Source: Bdellovibrionota bacterium (GTDB lineage Bacteria; Bdellovibrionota_C; UBA2361; JBIKUX01). Taken from it: a stretch of DNA of 64,000 nt. The DNA lies in contig JBIKUX010000001.1 of NCBI GenBank assembly GCA_044347345.1, forward strand, positions 64,001 to 128,000, given 5' to 3'. Position 1 is the first letter of the stretch. Every line of letters starts with the position of its first letter. Positions 20,094-30,298 of this stretch are shown piece by piece. Under the pieces are notes generated by a model. That model saw only the letters and a program-made list of their open reading frames with translations. It ran no database searches and had not been told where the DNA came from. The position numbers and the translations under genes are program-made.

Positions 20094-20261
20094 AAGATAT
20101 CTCCAAAAGTACTTTTACTAGTTAATTAAAAGTAGTAATTACTACAATCGGAAGAAAAACTTTTTGATTCAACTCAAACCTACAAAATATGGGTTTTTGT
20201 CAATAAATTACGAAATAATTGTACAGTTATTTAGATAACTTTTATTTATAGTTTTATTTAT

Positions 20262-22628
20262 CTAAGGAATTGGTTTTGGAATAACAGGAGAAGCGGGATT
20301 AGAAATAGGGTTCTGTTGAATACGCGCGGGGGTTCGTGTCTCAAACAAATTCAAAAAGTTTACGTTTATATCCATTTTGGATGTAACAATTGGCTCAAGA
20401 GAGCCAAATTTTTGCGTGAAAGGCGAAGTAGTGTTAGATAATAACTCAGCGGTAAATATCTCTAAAGGGTCGCCAATTTCAAGCTCATATACTTCTTTTG
20501 GTACTAAGGCTAGAGAAATTGTTAAATCAGCGATTGTAGTGATAGGAAGTCTTCGCACCCGTAGTGACAGTATTGTATTGTAAATGACTCCAGCACTTAA
20601 CCGGCTTATTTCATAAGCAGCTCGCTCTCCTGGAGTCAAGCTACTTGAATATTCTAGTAAAGGAATATGTCGCAAAGCCTGTGGAATCAATTCTGGCGAA
20701 AAACTAGTGTTCTCTACTGTCTGACCCTGAAGTCTTCCTAAAAGCCATCCTCTTGCTACAATATTTCGGTATGACTCGAGTGTTGTCTCTGAACTGAGAT
20801 TTATTCTTGTTACTTCCTCAATGGGTACAAACTGATTCCTCTCTTTGTCGTAAACCTGAGAACCCGTAATAATAAATCGTCCAGCATCAATAACTACTCT
20901 TTCATTCCAAAGAGATACACTTCCTCGGAAAGTTGGTGACCATTCTACTCGACCATCATCAGAGAAACTTTTTAAACTCCATCCAATTGACCCATCTCCG
21001 TTTACTATCATAGCTACATCTGGAACACTTTTACTTTGAAGAGCTGGTTGCCCATTTATCAAAATCAATTGTCCGTCAATATTTGGCCCCCAATGACGGT
21101 TACCATTAGCATCAGGTACACTTGATATTCTTATTGAAGGCCCCTCACCACCTGGCCGCACCAAAACCCTTTGCCCTGACGTTAAAAATGGACTATCTAA
21201 ATCAATATACATGGCACCATCAAGAACAGTTAAAGTGCCAGATACTGGCTTTGAATAGGTACCATCAGGCAATATCATCCTGACACCGCCATTACCTACA
21301 AAGAATTTATCATTATCAAAAGCTACTTGAAGTCCACTTATCTCACTTGTGCCACTAATACTTGGAATAGTAACTGGCTGAGCAAAAAATGGTTGTGATA
21401 AACCGTTAGAGCCAACAAATCGAATACGACCGTCAGGTAAATAAATTAGCTCTATATCATTCCAACTTGTTTTAACTCCAGGAAGTGTTTCTCCACTCTG
21501 AAGCCTATTTAAAACAAAGGTTCCCTCAATAGCAGAACTGTAGCTTAAATCACTATTCCTAAATCTTATAGTTCCCGTGTTATCTCTATTTGCTCTAATT
21601 AGAGTTCCAGTTTCTATATGCTGACTATGAAGCTCACCTCCTAAAATTGTAGGTCGGTAGTTAGTGCTACTCCAAGGCTGAGAATAACCTTCACCTCTAT
21701 TTTGCAATCTAAAAGTATGGTCGGTTTGATGGAATATTGTACTGCCATCTTGCCTTCTTTCAATAATCCCAAAGTTTCGAGAATCTCCAACTGTTAATTC
21801 AGCAGGTATACCATTTGGAATTGAAGGGCCCCACTGACCATTAGCTAGTGGTACACGCCAACCATCACTTGCCAAAAGTCTCCTTCTATCAGGTGTTACT
21901 ATTACATCTCTTCCGTTATATCTCTGAACAGTTCCGCCATCAGGAGACCACTCGATTCGACCATTTGCTCTTCTTATACCTAGTTCAAAACTTCGCCCAG
22001 GAAACCGAGTGTCTGGCACATTAACAATAATGTCACTGCCGGGTACCTCAAGAATAATATCACCATTGTTGAGATGTCTAAACCTTCCGTTATTTCTTAT
22101 TCTTTCTGAAGTTCTCGGATCAAGCCCTGGAGTATTTGAAACTACATATCGAGCTAGATTCGTAAAAACATCTCTTGCTGTTTCGCCAGGGGCCTGCATC
22201 CCCTGCTCAATTAGATCACGTACTTCCCTTATAGTACGTCGAGGATGAGCAATCATATCGCTAACAAGCTCTGGTGTGTCTTGTATAATATTTAGAGCTG
22301 TACCAGCCGTTCTTCTTACTGTACTTACAACTGGATTTTCAAGGAACCCCTCAATCAAATTGGATCCAGAGTCCAGTAATTCTTGTGCACGAGTTACTAG
22401 TCCTCTCACGGAATCTACAAGCCCAGCTACGAGAACAGGATCACAATCAGGAGAAAGTGTGACTGTTATGTTAGGGTCTTCTAAGAGTTCAGGCTGGAAA
22501 TCGCTTACCCTAGGTAAATAGGAATGCGAGAAATTAACCTCTCTTAATTCGAGGGATAAGGGGACAGGTCTCTCACTATTATGATTAACTGCCACGTTAC
22601 TACTCTGGAATTCTCTACGTTTTTCCAC
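20262..22628 (-). CDS. Large hypothetical protein with beta-rich internal repeats
   Basis: 788-aa ORF; recurring G-x(1-3)-[WYL]-[SG]-x(0-1)-P motifs. Confidence 0.7.
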   Translation of the reverse strand: MEKRREFQSSNVAVNHNSERPVPLSLELREVNFSHSYLPRVSDFQPELLEDPNITVTLSPDCDPVLVAGLVDSVRGLVTRAQELLDSGSNLIEGFLENPVVSTVRRTAGTALNIIQDTPELVSDMIAHPRRTIREVRDLIEQGMQAPGETARDVFTNLARYVVSNTPGLDPRTSERIRNNGRFRHLNNGDIILEVPGSDIIVNVPDTRFPGRSFELGIRRANGRIEWSPDGGTVQRYNGRDVIVTPDRRRLLASDGWRVPLANGQWGPSIPNGIPAELTVGDSRNFGIIERRQDGSTIFHQTDHTFRLQNRGEGYSQPWSSTNYRPTILGGELHSQHIETGTLIRANRDNTGTIRFRNSDLSYSSAIEGTFVLNRLQSGETLPGVKTSWNDIELIYLPDGRIRFVGSNGLSQPFFAQPVTIPSISGTSEISGLQVAFDNDKFFVGNGGVRMILPDGTYSKPVSGTLTVLDGAMYIDLDSPFLTSGQRVLVRPGGEGPSIRISSVPDANGNRHWGPNIDGQLILINGQPALQSKSVPDVAMIVNGDGSIGWSLKSFSDDGRVEWSPTFRGSVSLWNERVVIDAGRFIITGSQVYDKERNQFVPIEEVTRINLSSETTLESYRNIVARGWLLGRLQGQTVENTSFSPELIPQALRHIPLLEYSSSLTPGERAAYEISRLSAGVIYNTILSLRVRRLPITTIADLTISLALVPKEVYELEIGDPLEIFTAELLSNTTSPFTQKFGSLEPIVTSKMDINVNFLNLFETRTPARIQQNPISNPASPVIPKPIP

Positions 22629-22792
22629 ATAGAGTATCGCTTGCTTTAAAGTAGCTCTTTAATACAACGTTATTGATACTAAGTAGTAACTGAATGTAAC
22701 CACTATAAAATGCTGAACAGTGCGATTTTTACGCAAAAAAAATGCGTTCCTTACTTAGATTTTATATCAACAAAATTGCACAGTACATTTGG

Positions 22793-24484
22793 TTAATATT
22801 TACAGGTAGACATCAAAGCTTTTAGAGTATCCAAGGAATCAGCATCTTCTAAGCATTTATCACGACGCCACCGTAGAATTCTGGGAAAGCGCACCGCAAG
22901 CCTAGCTTTATGCCGAGAAGAAGGCAAAACACCCTCAAAGGCTATTTCAAAAACAAGCTTTGGTGTAACTGTTCTTACTGGTCCGTAACGCTCTTTAGTA
23001 TTTGACTTAACAAATGAATCTACTAAAGCAAGCTCTTCTTCAGTTAACCCAGAATAAGCTTTCGCAAAAGAGACTAATGAACCATTATTCCAAACAGCAA
23101 AAGTAAAATCAGTATAAAGATTTGCGCGACGTCCATGTCCTTTCTGTGCACTTACTAATACAGCATCAACTACATAAGGATCAATTTTATATTTCCACCA
23201 ATCACCTCGTACTCTGCCGGATCTATAAGGAGAATTGCACCGCTTTAACATCACCCCTTCTGCGCCATTATAACGGGCTATATATCTAAACTTAATGATC
23301 TCCGATATTGAACTTACAAAAAAAACAGGAGATAACTGAAAATTAGGATAATCAAAAAAATTTGTAGCTAAATGCTTAAGCATTTCTCTACGAGTTATAA
23401 AAGAGAGATGGCGAATATCCTTCCCGCTTTCTTCAAGCAGATCATACGCAATAAAGGCTACTGGATATTGATTACAAAATTTTACTGATGGTGATTTTCT
23501 GCCAAGTCTTGGTTGAAGTTGAGAAAATGGCGCTACTTTAATTTTATTATTATCCCATGCTACAATTTCACCATCAATTACTAAGCAATTATTTGCAGAT
23601 TCTGCTAATATTGAAGATAATTCCGGAAATTGCGTTGTAATTATTTCTTCGCCTCGTGACCAAATTAGTGGTTTTTCTGCACGCTTAACTAGCTGAGCTC
23701 TTATACCATCCCATTTATATTCTACTGCCCAGTCATCACATGTACTCAGTAACTTTTCTCGTGCATTTCCATCCGGTAACGGAGACGCTAGATAAAATGG
23801 ATAAAGATGGTCTGAATTATTAGTATTAGCTACACAGTTAAATAATCTTTCGTAACAATCAGATGATGGTGCCCAATTTCCAGTTAGCCTCAGTGCTACT
23901 GTTGAGGCGTCTATATTGTTTACCTGAGCTAATGCCCGAAATACTAGACTTTTAGCTACTCCAACCCTTAATCGGAGCCTAGATCCTCCAAGGATTAACT
24001 TAACTAATAAGAATAAATGAAACTGATTAAATTTTTGAAAAATAGTGCCTAATTTTTCGACTTGTTCCTGAAGATTATACTCTTGCAATGCTGTAAGTTG
24101 GGCGATCACCCCCGAAAGCGTAAACTCTAAATCAGATAAAACTTTTGAGGGGGATGCAACAAGTAACGAAATTGTTTCAGCTAAATCGCCCACTGAATAA
24201 TAACTTTCCTCTATTAACCATTTCGGAAGCTTAGTGGCGTAAGAAGTAGCATTTTTAATTGTTGTTGATGAATATCTCGGTATTACCTTCTTTCCCATAA
24301 AAAGAGAGAGCGCCCAGCTCTTTTCTTCCAGGTCAGCATGCTGAAAAAAATATACTAGCGAGGAGCATTTATTATTTAGTTGAGATGTAGCATCAAGCTC
24401 CTTATAAAGCTCATCAAACTGAATAGCTCTGTGTTCATCTTGACCAACAACTTTCTCATCATTGCTTGGTTTAACTTGATTCAT
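22793..24484 (-). CDS. ATP-dependent DNA ligase
   Basis: EYKWDGIRAQ adenylation motif, IDGEI, EGVMLK, WWKYK, AVRFPRILRWRRDK. Start could be 24493 or 24484. Confidence 0.95.
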   Translation of the reverse strand: MNQVKPSNDEKVVGQDEHRAIQFDELYKELDATSQLNNKCSSLVYFFQHADLEEKSWALSLFMGKKVIPRYSSTTIKNATSYATKLPKWLIEESYYSVGDLAETISLLVASPSKVLSDLEFTLSGVIAQLTALQEYNLQEQVEKLGTIFQKFNQFHLFLLVKLILGGSRLRLRVGVAKSLVFRALAQVNNIDASTVALRLTGNWAPSSDCYERLFNCVANTNNSDHLYPFYLASPLPDGNAREKLLSTCDDWAVEYKWDGIRAQLVKRAEKPLIWSRGEEIITTQFPELSSILAESANNCLVIDGEIVAWDNNKIKVAPFSQLQPRLGRKSPSVKFCNQYPVAFIAYDLLEESGKDIRHLSFITRREMLKHLATNFFDYPNFQLSPVFFVSSISEIIKFRYIARYNGAEGVMLKRCNSPYRSGRVRGDWWKYKIDPYVVDAVLVSAQKGHGRRANLYTDFTFAVWNNGSLVSFAKAYSGLTEEELALVDSFVKSNTKERYGPVRTVTPKLVFEIAFEGVLPSSRHKARLAVRFPRILRWRRDKCLEDADSLDTLKALMSTCKY

Positions 24485-24577
24485 GAATTGCACCTATTCA
24501 AGCTAAAACGGTTGCATCTACTGAAAGTGCGTAAGACTCTAAAGAAAGCAACAAAAATAATTACGATAATTATTAAC

Positions 24578-25126
24578 ATGCTTTCAAATACCGATATTCT
24601 TTCAGCAATCACAAATAGTGAATTAACTATCACTCCATTTAAACCGCAGATGATACGTGGATGCAGCATCACTCTTCATTTGGGACCACTTCTGTTGCAA
24701 CCAATACCGGGTAAAGTAGCAGACCCACGCGAACATACCGTTCCTGAATACACTTCAATCAACATAAGTCGTACTCATCCTTTCGAGTTAGCTCCTGGTG
24801 GATTTTTGCTTGGACATACACTCCAAAAAGTCACAGTAGGTCCTACCCTCGGATTTTTAATTGAAGGACGCAGTACCTTAGCAAGATTAGGCTTAACAAT
24901 CGTACAAACTGCGATGATAGTCTATCCAGGTCATCGAGACAGAGCAGTAACGCTCGAATTAGCAAACCACGGTCCAAATATAATTAGGCTTTATGCTGAG
25001 ATGAAGATAGCTCGAGTAGCTTTATTTCGCTTTCCCACCCCAAGTTCACTCACCTACGATGAAGACGGTAAGTACCGTGATCAATCACAAGTGGGCCCAC
25101 CAATTTTTGAAAATGAGTTCTTTTGA
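24578..25126 (+). CDS. dcd: dCTP deaminase
   Basis: MLSNTDI start, LAPGGFLLG.T, EGRSTLARLGL, TLELAN, Y...GKYRDQ. Confidence 0.88.
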   Translation: MLSNTDILSAITNSELTITPFKPQMIRGCSITLHLGPLLLQPIPGKVADPREHTVPEYTSINISRTHPFELAPGGFLLGHTLQKVTVGPTLGFLIEGRSTLARLGLTIVQTAMIVYPGHRDRAVTLELANHGPNIIRLYAEMKIARVALFRFPTPSSLTYDEDGKYRDQSQVGPPIFENEFF

Positions 25127-25199
25127 TTATTTGACTAATTCTTCTACAGTACCACGGGTGATACTTGACAGCTTTTGAATGCGATTGAAAACTTTATAA

Positions 25200-25276
<77 letters not shown>

Positions 25277-25349
25277 TCATTCCTTTAATAATAAAATATT
25301 TAGATTACTTGGTCAAGCCTTGTTACCTAGTCTGTCTATCTCTGAATAA

Positions 25350-26132
25350 TCATCCACTATTAATTAACTCGTTTTTGAATTTAGAAAATTCTTTAAAAGT
25401 TAGGTGCCTTAATTCACCTGGTTTTAATGATCCAATAGAAAAAGGGCCATGTGCAATGCGGGCTAAGTCTAAGACAGGATGATTTAGTGCGGCGCAAAGT
25501 CTTCTAACGATACGGTTACGCCCCTCAGTTATCGTTACTTCAATCCAAGTTGAAGGTAACTTATCTTGTTTATCTAAAGAGTAACTTGCATTAAGCTTTC
25601 TCAAACTAATCATCGAGCTCAGGAATCGTACCTTCGCAGTAACAATACCATCAGACAATCGCACCCCTTTAGCACACTTTTGTATTAAACTGTCATCCAC
25701 TAAGCCTCGAACTCGAGCATAATATACTCTACTATGTTGATATCGCGGATGAGTCAGAATTTGAGCGAAATCTCCATCATTAGTCATGATTAGAAGACCA
25801 GACGTATCATAATCAAGACGACCAACGGGAAAATAAGACTCCGTTTTTTTTGAAAGATACTGCCGAACAGTAGGACGCCTCTCTTGCTTGCTCAAAGTTG
25901 TAAGTACTCCCCTTGGCTTAAATAGAATAAGAGCACCCTTCTGAACTGGCCGTACCAGACGCCCATCTAATTTGACGCGATCTTTGGTTAGATCTACTTT
26001 TTTACCAAGCTCTTTAACCGCAACCCCATTTACGGTCACCATACCACTAATTATTAGTTCTTCTGCTTTTCGCCGCGAAATATCACCACAAGCGGCCAAA
26101 TATCTCTGTAGACGCATGTAAGATACTGTCAT
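25350..26132 (-). CDS. rluB: rRNA pseudouridine synthase, RluB/RsuA family
   Basis: S4 domain (RLQRYLA..G..SRRKAE), PVGRLDYDTSGLL, EGRNR; follows scpAB. Confidence 0.9.
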   Translation of the reverse strand: MTVSYMRLQRYLAACGDISRRKAEELIISGMVTVNGVAVKELGKKVDLTKDRVKLDGRLVRPVQKGALILFKPRGVLTTLSKQERRPTVRQYLSKKTESYFPVGRLDYDTSGLLIMTNDGDFAQILTHPRYQHSRVYYARVRGLVDDSLIQKCAKGVRLSDGIVTAKVRFLSSMISLRKLNASYSLDKQDKLPSTWIEVTITEGRNRIVRRLCAALNHPVLDLARIAHGPFSIGSLKPGELRHLTFKEFSKFKNELINSG

Positions 26133-26175
26133 TGAACCTAACTAATTGCCTGTGTAAAAAACTAAAAATTAAGAA

Positions 26176-26823
26176 TCAGCATCTTTCTGCTTCTTCCCCA
26201 TTTTCTCGAGCAAACATTACAAACTCCCTAAGAGAAGGAAGCTCTGGAAGAGACTTTAGTCCAAATATCTTTAAAAACTCCTCGGTAGTTCCATATAGCG
26301 CAGGTTGACCAACTGTAGCTTGCTGCCCAGCAATTTTGATTAATCCTCTATCGAGCAAAGTCTTAAGGGTAGGTGAAGAATCAACTCCGCGAATTTTTTC
26401 AATGTCACTTTTTACAATTGGCTGACGGTATGCAATGACCGCCAACGTTTCCAGAGCCGCTGCGCTTAGCCTCTTTGGTTTAGCTGCCTTGAGTAATCTA
26501 ACGGCAGGAGCACAGACAGCTTTAGTTCTTAAAAGATACTTTCCCGCAACTTCCACTAATTCTACTCCCCTAGGAGCCATAGCAAGCTCATCGGCAAGAG
26601 CTGCCAATGTTGCTCGAGCAGTACTAGTTGCAAGACCCGCTACCTCAGCTAATCGACGTAAAGGAAGCTCTTCACCCGAAGCAAAAAGGAGAGCTTCAAG
26701 AGTGGCGATGTCTTGAGGCCGTGGCTCACCATTATAAACTACTGATTCATGTTCTACAGTATTTTCTTCTGATAGCTCGGCAACTTCTTGATGCTGAATC
26801 TCACCGATTTCATCTGGTTTCAC
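26176..26823 (-). CDS. scpB: SMC-Scp complex subunit ScpB
   Basis: LEALLFAS, LSAAALETLAVIAYRQPI, IRGV, YGTTEEFL..FGL. Confidence 0.95.
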   Translation of the reverse strand: MKPDEIGEIQHQEVAELSEENTVEHESVVYNGEPRPQDIATLEALLFASGEELPLRRLAEVAGLATSTARATLAALADELAMAPRGVELVEVAGKYLLRTKAVCAPAVRLLKAAKPKRLSAAALETLAVIAYRQPIVKSDIEKIRGVDSSPTLKTLLDRGLIKIAGQQATVGQPALYGTTEEFLKIFGLKSLPELPSLREFVMFARENGEEAERC

Positions 26824-26854
26824 CTTTCAAACTCCTGCACTATTTTTTAACGGG

Positions 26855-27667
26855 TTACATTAACTGTCTAATTGATTGATCACCTGAGATTGCTGTTGTT
26901 GAACGAGCGAGGCGAATCTCTGAAAAAGGATCTTCTTGAAGCACAATCAGTGCACTCCGTTTGCACAACTCAAGCAAAGCTAAAAATGACGATATCAAAA
27001 CTGAAATACTTTCCCCATCGCTAAATAATTCAGGAAAAGTTATCTCTCCTCCAACCGAATCTACTTTATTTAGTATCATCATCATTCGATCAGCAATGGA
27101 TAGTGAGTCAACAGTTATCGAGAAAGACGCTCGGCTCCCCTTTACTCTTTCAAGTAACCGCTTAAAAGCAAGACCAAGAGTCATAGGATCATGGCTTTTG
27201 AGTGGAGCATTTTTTTCAGACTCTGATAGGGTAAATCCAACGGATGGGAACACATCCACCCAAAGAAGTGCCCTAGAACCCAACTCTGTGGCAGTTTTAC
27301 GAAAAATCGCAGCTTCTCGCAGTTGCTTGAGAAGCTCCTCATTTGGGTCAAGGATGTCTTCATCCCCATCAAGTGACTGATCATTGTCTTTTTGGTCACG
27401 CGCACCATGACTATCCTCACCAAGTAGGTGCCGAGCTTTAAGTGAGAGAAGAGTTGCAGCTATCACCAAATATTCCCCAGCTGATTCAAACTCTTGACGA
27501 GTAAGAATCTCAACACAGTCAAAGTACTGCTGTGCAACCTCCAAAAGTGAAATTTTATCGAGAGGAAGCTCACGCCGTTTTACCAAGTGAAGTAGAAGAT
27601 CCACTGGCCCATCGAATATACCAAGGGAAACTTCAAAAGTTTTGATATTAGGAGAAGGTAAATTCAT
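26855..27667 (-). CDS. scpA: Segregation/condensation protein ScpA
   Basis: FDGPVDLLLHL, EYLVIAATLL.LKAR.LL, FLALLEL...Q..PFSEI. Confidence 0.95.
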   Translation of the reverse strand: MNLPSPNIKTFEVSLGIFDGPVDLLLHLVKRRELPLDKISLLEVAQQYFDCVEILTRQEFESAGEYLVIAATLLSLKARHLLGEDSHGARDQKDNDQSLDGDEDILDPNEELLKQLREAAIFRKTATELGSRALLWVDVFPSVGFTLSESEKNAPLKSHDPMTLGLAFKRLLERVKGSRASFSITVDSLSIADRMMMILNKVDSVGGEITFPELFSDGESISVLISSFLALLELCKRSALIVLQEDPFSEIRLARSTTAISGDQSIRQLM

Positions 27668-27797
27668 AATACTAAGAGGCTAATAGAATAGCCTGCTAAG
27701 TAACAAGAGGTATTGGAGTGCATAGGAGGCTTATTTTAATAGTCTAGTTATTCCATAAAATTAATTGTTTCATCAATAAAAATCATTTATTCCCACC

Positions 27798-28661
27798 TTA
27801 CTTAAGTTTCTCTCTAGAGGCTAAAGACCAATGCCAAGTAAATACTGCCGCTGCTTGAGCCACATTAATAGAATCAATTTTCCCTGCCATTGGTATTGTA
27901 AATTGTAGCCTGCACCTACTTTGTAGTAGCTGAGGAATTCCCTCTGCTTCGCTACCTAATACCAAAAACATCTTTGATGGAAGCACACTAACTGTATCTA
28001 TTGGCACTGCTTCAGCACTACAGGTAAGAGCTACTGATGAAATGTTGAATTCATCTTGAGCCTTAATTATTGCCTGACTGAGATTAGGAACTGCATAAAC
28101 AGGAATAAATTCTGAAGCTCCAGCACTGACTCTTGAAACAGCGGGACTCAGACCTACCGACCTATTTTTGGGAATCACGATTCCTTGTGCACCAAAACAA
28201 TGAGCGACCCTTAATATTGCACCAAAATTGTGGACATCGGTTATGCCAGCAAGAACAAAGAAAATGGAACTTTGGTTAAGCTTTGATAACGCCTCCATAA
28301 GCTCAGTTGTGCCTAAGGCATTTCTCGGTTTAGTTAAGGCCAAACAACCCTGATGATTAACTCCTCCTGAACCCACCACCATTACCATCGCAGATATCTC
28401 ATCTTTTGCAAGAATCCGCTTGGAGAATTGCTCAATATCAATACGTCCTTCAGCACTATTCCCGTCTTTCTGCATGCGCATCCACTCAAATGCTTCTTGA
28501 GTAAGATATAATTCTAGAATACGCCCAGCATTGTATCGAATCATCTCTCTTACTGGTTTACGCCCAACAACAAAGTGAACATTCTGCGGAGGAAATACAG
28601 GCCTTCGCTTATTTGGACTTTGAGAAGAGATGTGAGAAATTTTTGAAATTTTTTTAGGCAT
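27798..28661 (-). CDS. rlmB: 23S rRNA 2'-O-methyltransferase, TrmH/SpoU family
   Basis: HQG, ITDVHNFGAILR, SAGA, LGSEAEGI, IPMAGKIDSINVAQA. Confidence 0.88.
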   Translation of the reverse strand: MPKKISKISHISSQSPNKRRPVFPPQNVHFVVGRKPVREMIRYNAGRILELYLTQEAFEWMRMQKDGNSAEGRIDIEQFSKRILAKDEISAMVMVVGSGGVNHQGCLALTKPRNALGTTELMEALSKLNQSSIFFVLAGITDVHNFGAILRVAHCFGAQGIVIPKNRSVGLSPAVSRVSAGASEFIPVYAVPNLSQAIIKAQDEFNISSVALTCSAEAVPIDTVSVLPSKMFLVLGSEAEGIPQLLQSRCRLQFTIPMAGKIDSINVAQAAAVFTWHWSLASREKLK

Positions 28662-28774
28662 AGAAATTTTACTATAAATGTTGGGTAGCTAAGCTAGTTA
28701 ACATTGATTACACTTTGGGCAAGTCGTACGGTATACCCTTCCAAGATAGTATACACTCAAAAATCTAAAAAATT

Positions 28775-29908
28775 ATGTTAGGGCGAGGCATTTTAAGCAG
28801 CAAAAGTTCCTCATTAAGGTCAAATTTGAAGGCACCTGCCTTATTTACTAGTTCAAGATATCCTGCTTTTTCTCATTTTATGAAAAGTAACGTAAAACAA
28901 AAAGTACACGTCTTAAATAACGGGCGTCTTAAAGCACCGTTTATAATAAGTTACGATCGAGAATTAACGAGCAATCTGCCCTACTCTACTGAAATAAATG
29001 GTAAGTTAACATTTAATGGTCCTCCCCATGAGTTCATCCCACCTAATGAAGAAAAATTACATAAACTCGACAAAAAATCTTATAGCTTGAAATCGTTTAT
29101 TTTATCTCAAAGAGATATTTCGCCATCACGAATCTTAATCAAGGGTAAACATTTCTATTCAAAAACAGCCCAATTTTTAGGTAAGGTTATAAAATTTAAC
29201 CTAATCAACCAAAGGAGCTCTAACACTCGTTTCCAAGATCCACAAAACGACTCTAACAAACAGCTTGAGTTCAAAGTTCCAAAACAAATACTTCTAAAAC
29301 GGGCGTGCTGGCTTACGGCAGTGCTCCTTATACTTACAGCCTCCCTCACGATGTCAGTGCGATTAAGTACTGCGCTTGCACGCGAGGTTGATACTCTTTT
29401 TTTCAGCTCAGCAATAAGGATCCCTCCTCCTGGGGTATATATTTCTCAGATGCGTATCGTGCCGTTTGTAAGTGCTCACGGGATTCCCATATTTATGATA
29501 ACTGGATTGGTAAAAAACGACACTGAAGATAATTTCAGCGATGTCACCATAGAGGGATTAACGTACGATCCAGAGGGAGCAATTATTGGGCGCAGTGTTG
29601 CGACTGCTGGTGTTACTACTTCTGGCGTAAGTAGTTTTTCTGATGCTTTGCCTAGTACTTCTTCTGATAACTTTTCTAATGGCCTTTCTAATTCACTTTC
29701 TAATTATAATGCCCCTTCGGGAGCCGCGATTAAAACTTTAACTCAAGACGCTATCTTTTTACTAAAAAAAAATACTACCGCACCAAGCAAGCTACTGCGT
29801 GGTCAAAGCATCCCATTTAATTTGATAATCGAACCTACTTCGGCCATCTCCAATGAAAAGAACATCCCTAGCTCCTATTCAGCTCGAGTATTTACAGTAG
29901 AAAAGTAA
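28775..29908 (+). CDS. Single-TM hypothetical protein with C-terminal Ig-like (DUF3426/FxLYD-like) domain
   Basis: TM near aa 178-197; ITGLVKND...V.IEGLTYD..G.II...L.GQSIPF pattern. Confidence 0.5.
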   Translation: MLGRGILSSKSSSLRSNLKAPALFTSSRYPAFSHFMKSNVKQKVHVLNNGRLKAPFIISYDRELTSNLPYSTEINGKLTFNGPPHEFIPPNEEKLHKLDKKSYSLKSFILSQRDISPSRILIKGKHFYSKTAQFLGKVIKFNLINQRSSNTRFQDPQNDSNKQLEFKVPKQILLKRACWLTAVLLILTASLTMSVRLSTALAREVDTLFFSSAIRIPPPGVYISQMRIVPFVSAHGIPIFMITGLVKNDTEDNFSDVTIEGLTYDPEGAIIGRSVATAGVTTSGVSSFSDALPSTSSDNFSNGLSNSLSNYNAPSGAAIKTLTQDAIFLLKKNTTAPSKLLRGQSIPFNLIIEPTSAISNEKNIPSSYSARVFTVEK

Positions 29909-29939
29909 GCTACTTCGAATTCTTTTTTCCTGTTGATGG

Positions 29940-30194
29940 TCATGTTGGTACGTTATTTTCTTTAGAATTTTCTTTAGCGCTTTTCTCAGTAGATAAATTT
30001 AGTTTCTCAGCCTCAAGTTTCTTTTCAGCTTCTTGAGGAGTCACATCAATAGCACTTCCCTCTCGAAAAGCCTTACGAAAATTACTAATACCCTGGCCTA
30101 AACCGGAGCCTAACTCCGGCAACCGCTTAACCCCAAATAATAATACCACTACTCCAGCGACTACTCCGAGCTCAAGCGGACTAAGACCCATCAT
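29940..30194 (-). CDS. tatA: Twin-arginine translocase TatA/E subunit
   Basis: LLFGVKRLPELGSGLGQGISNFRKA. Confidence 0.93.
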   Translation of the reverse strand: MMGLSPLELGVVAGVVVLLFGVKRLPELGSGLGQGISNFRKAFREGSAIDVTPQEAEKKLEAEKLNLSTEKSAKENSKENNVPT

Positions 30195-30298
30195 ATTACA
30201 CCCCGTTTAATTGGTTAAATGAGCAAATCCTTACATACCTTGCTTTGCTCGCCTAAAAAATTGACCACACACCTTTATTTTTTTCTAACTTCCAAAAC

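Noticed and set aside
24380-24577. N-terminal extension of dcd in the ORF track
   Set aside because: It overlaps the ligase on the opposite strand; family similarity starts at ATG 24578.
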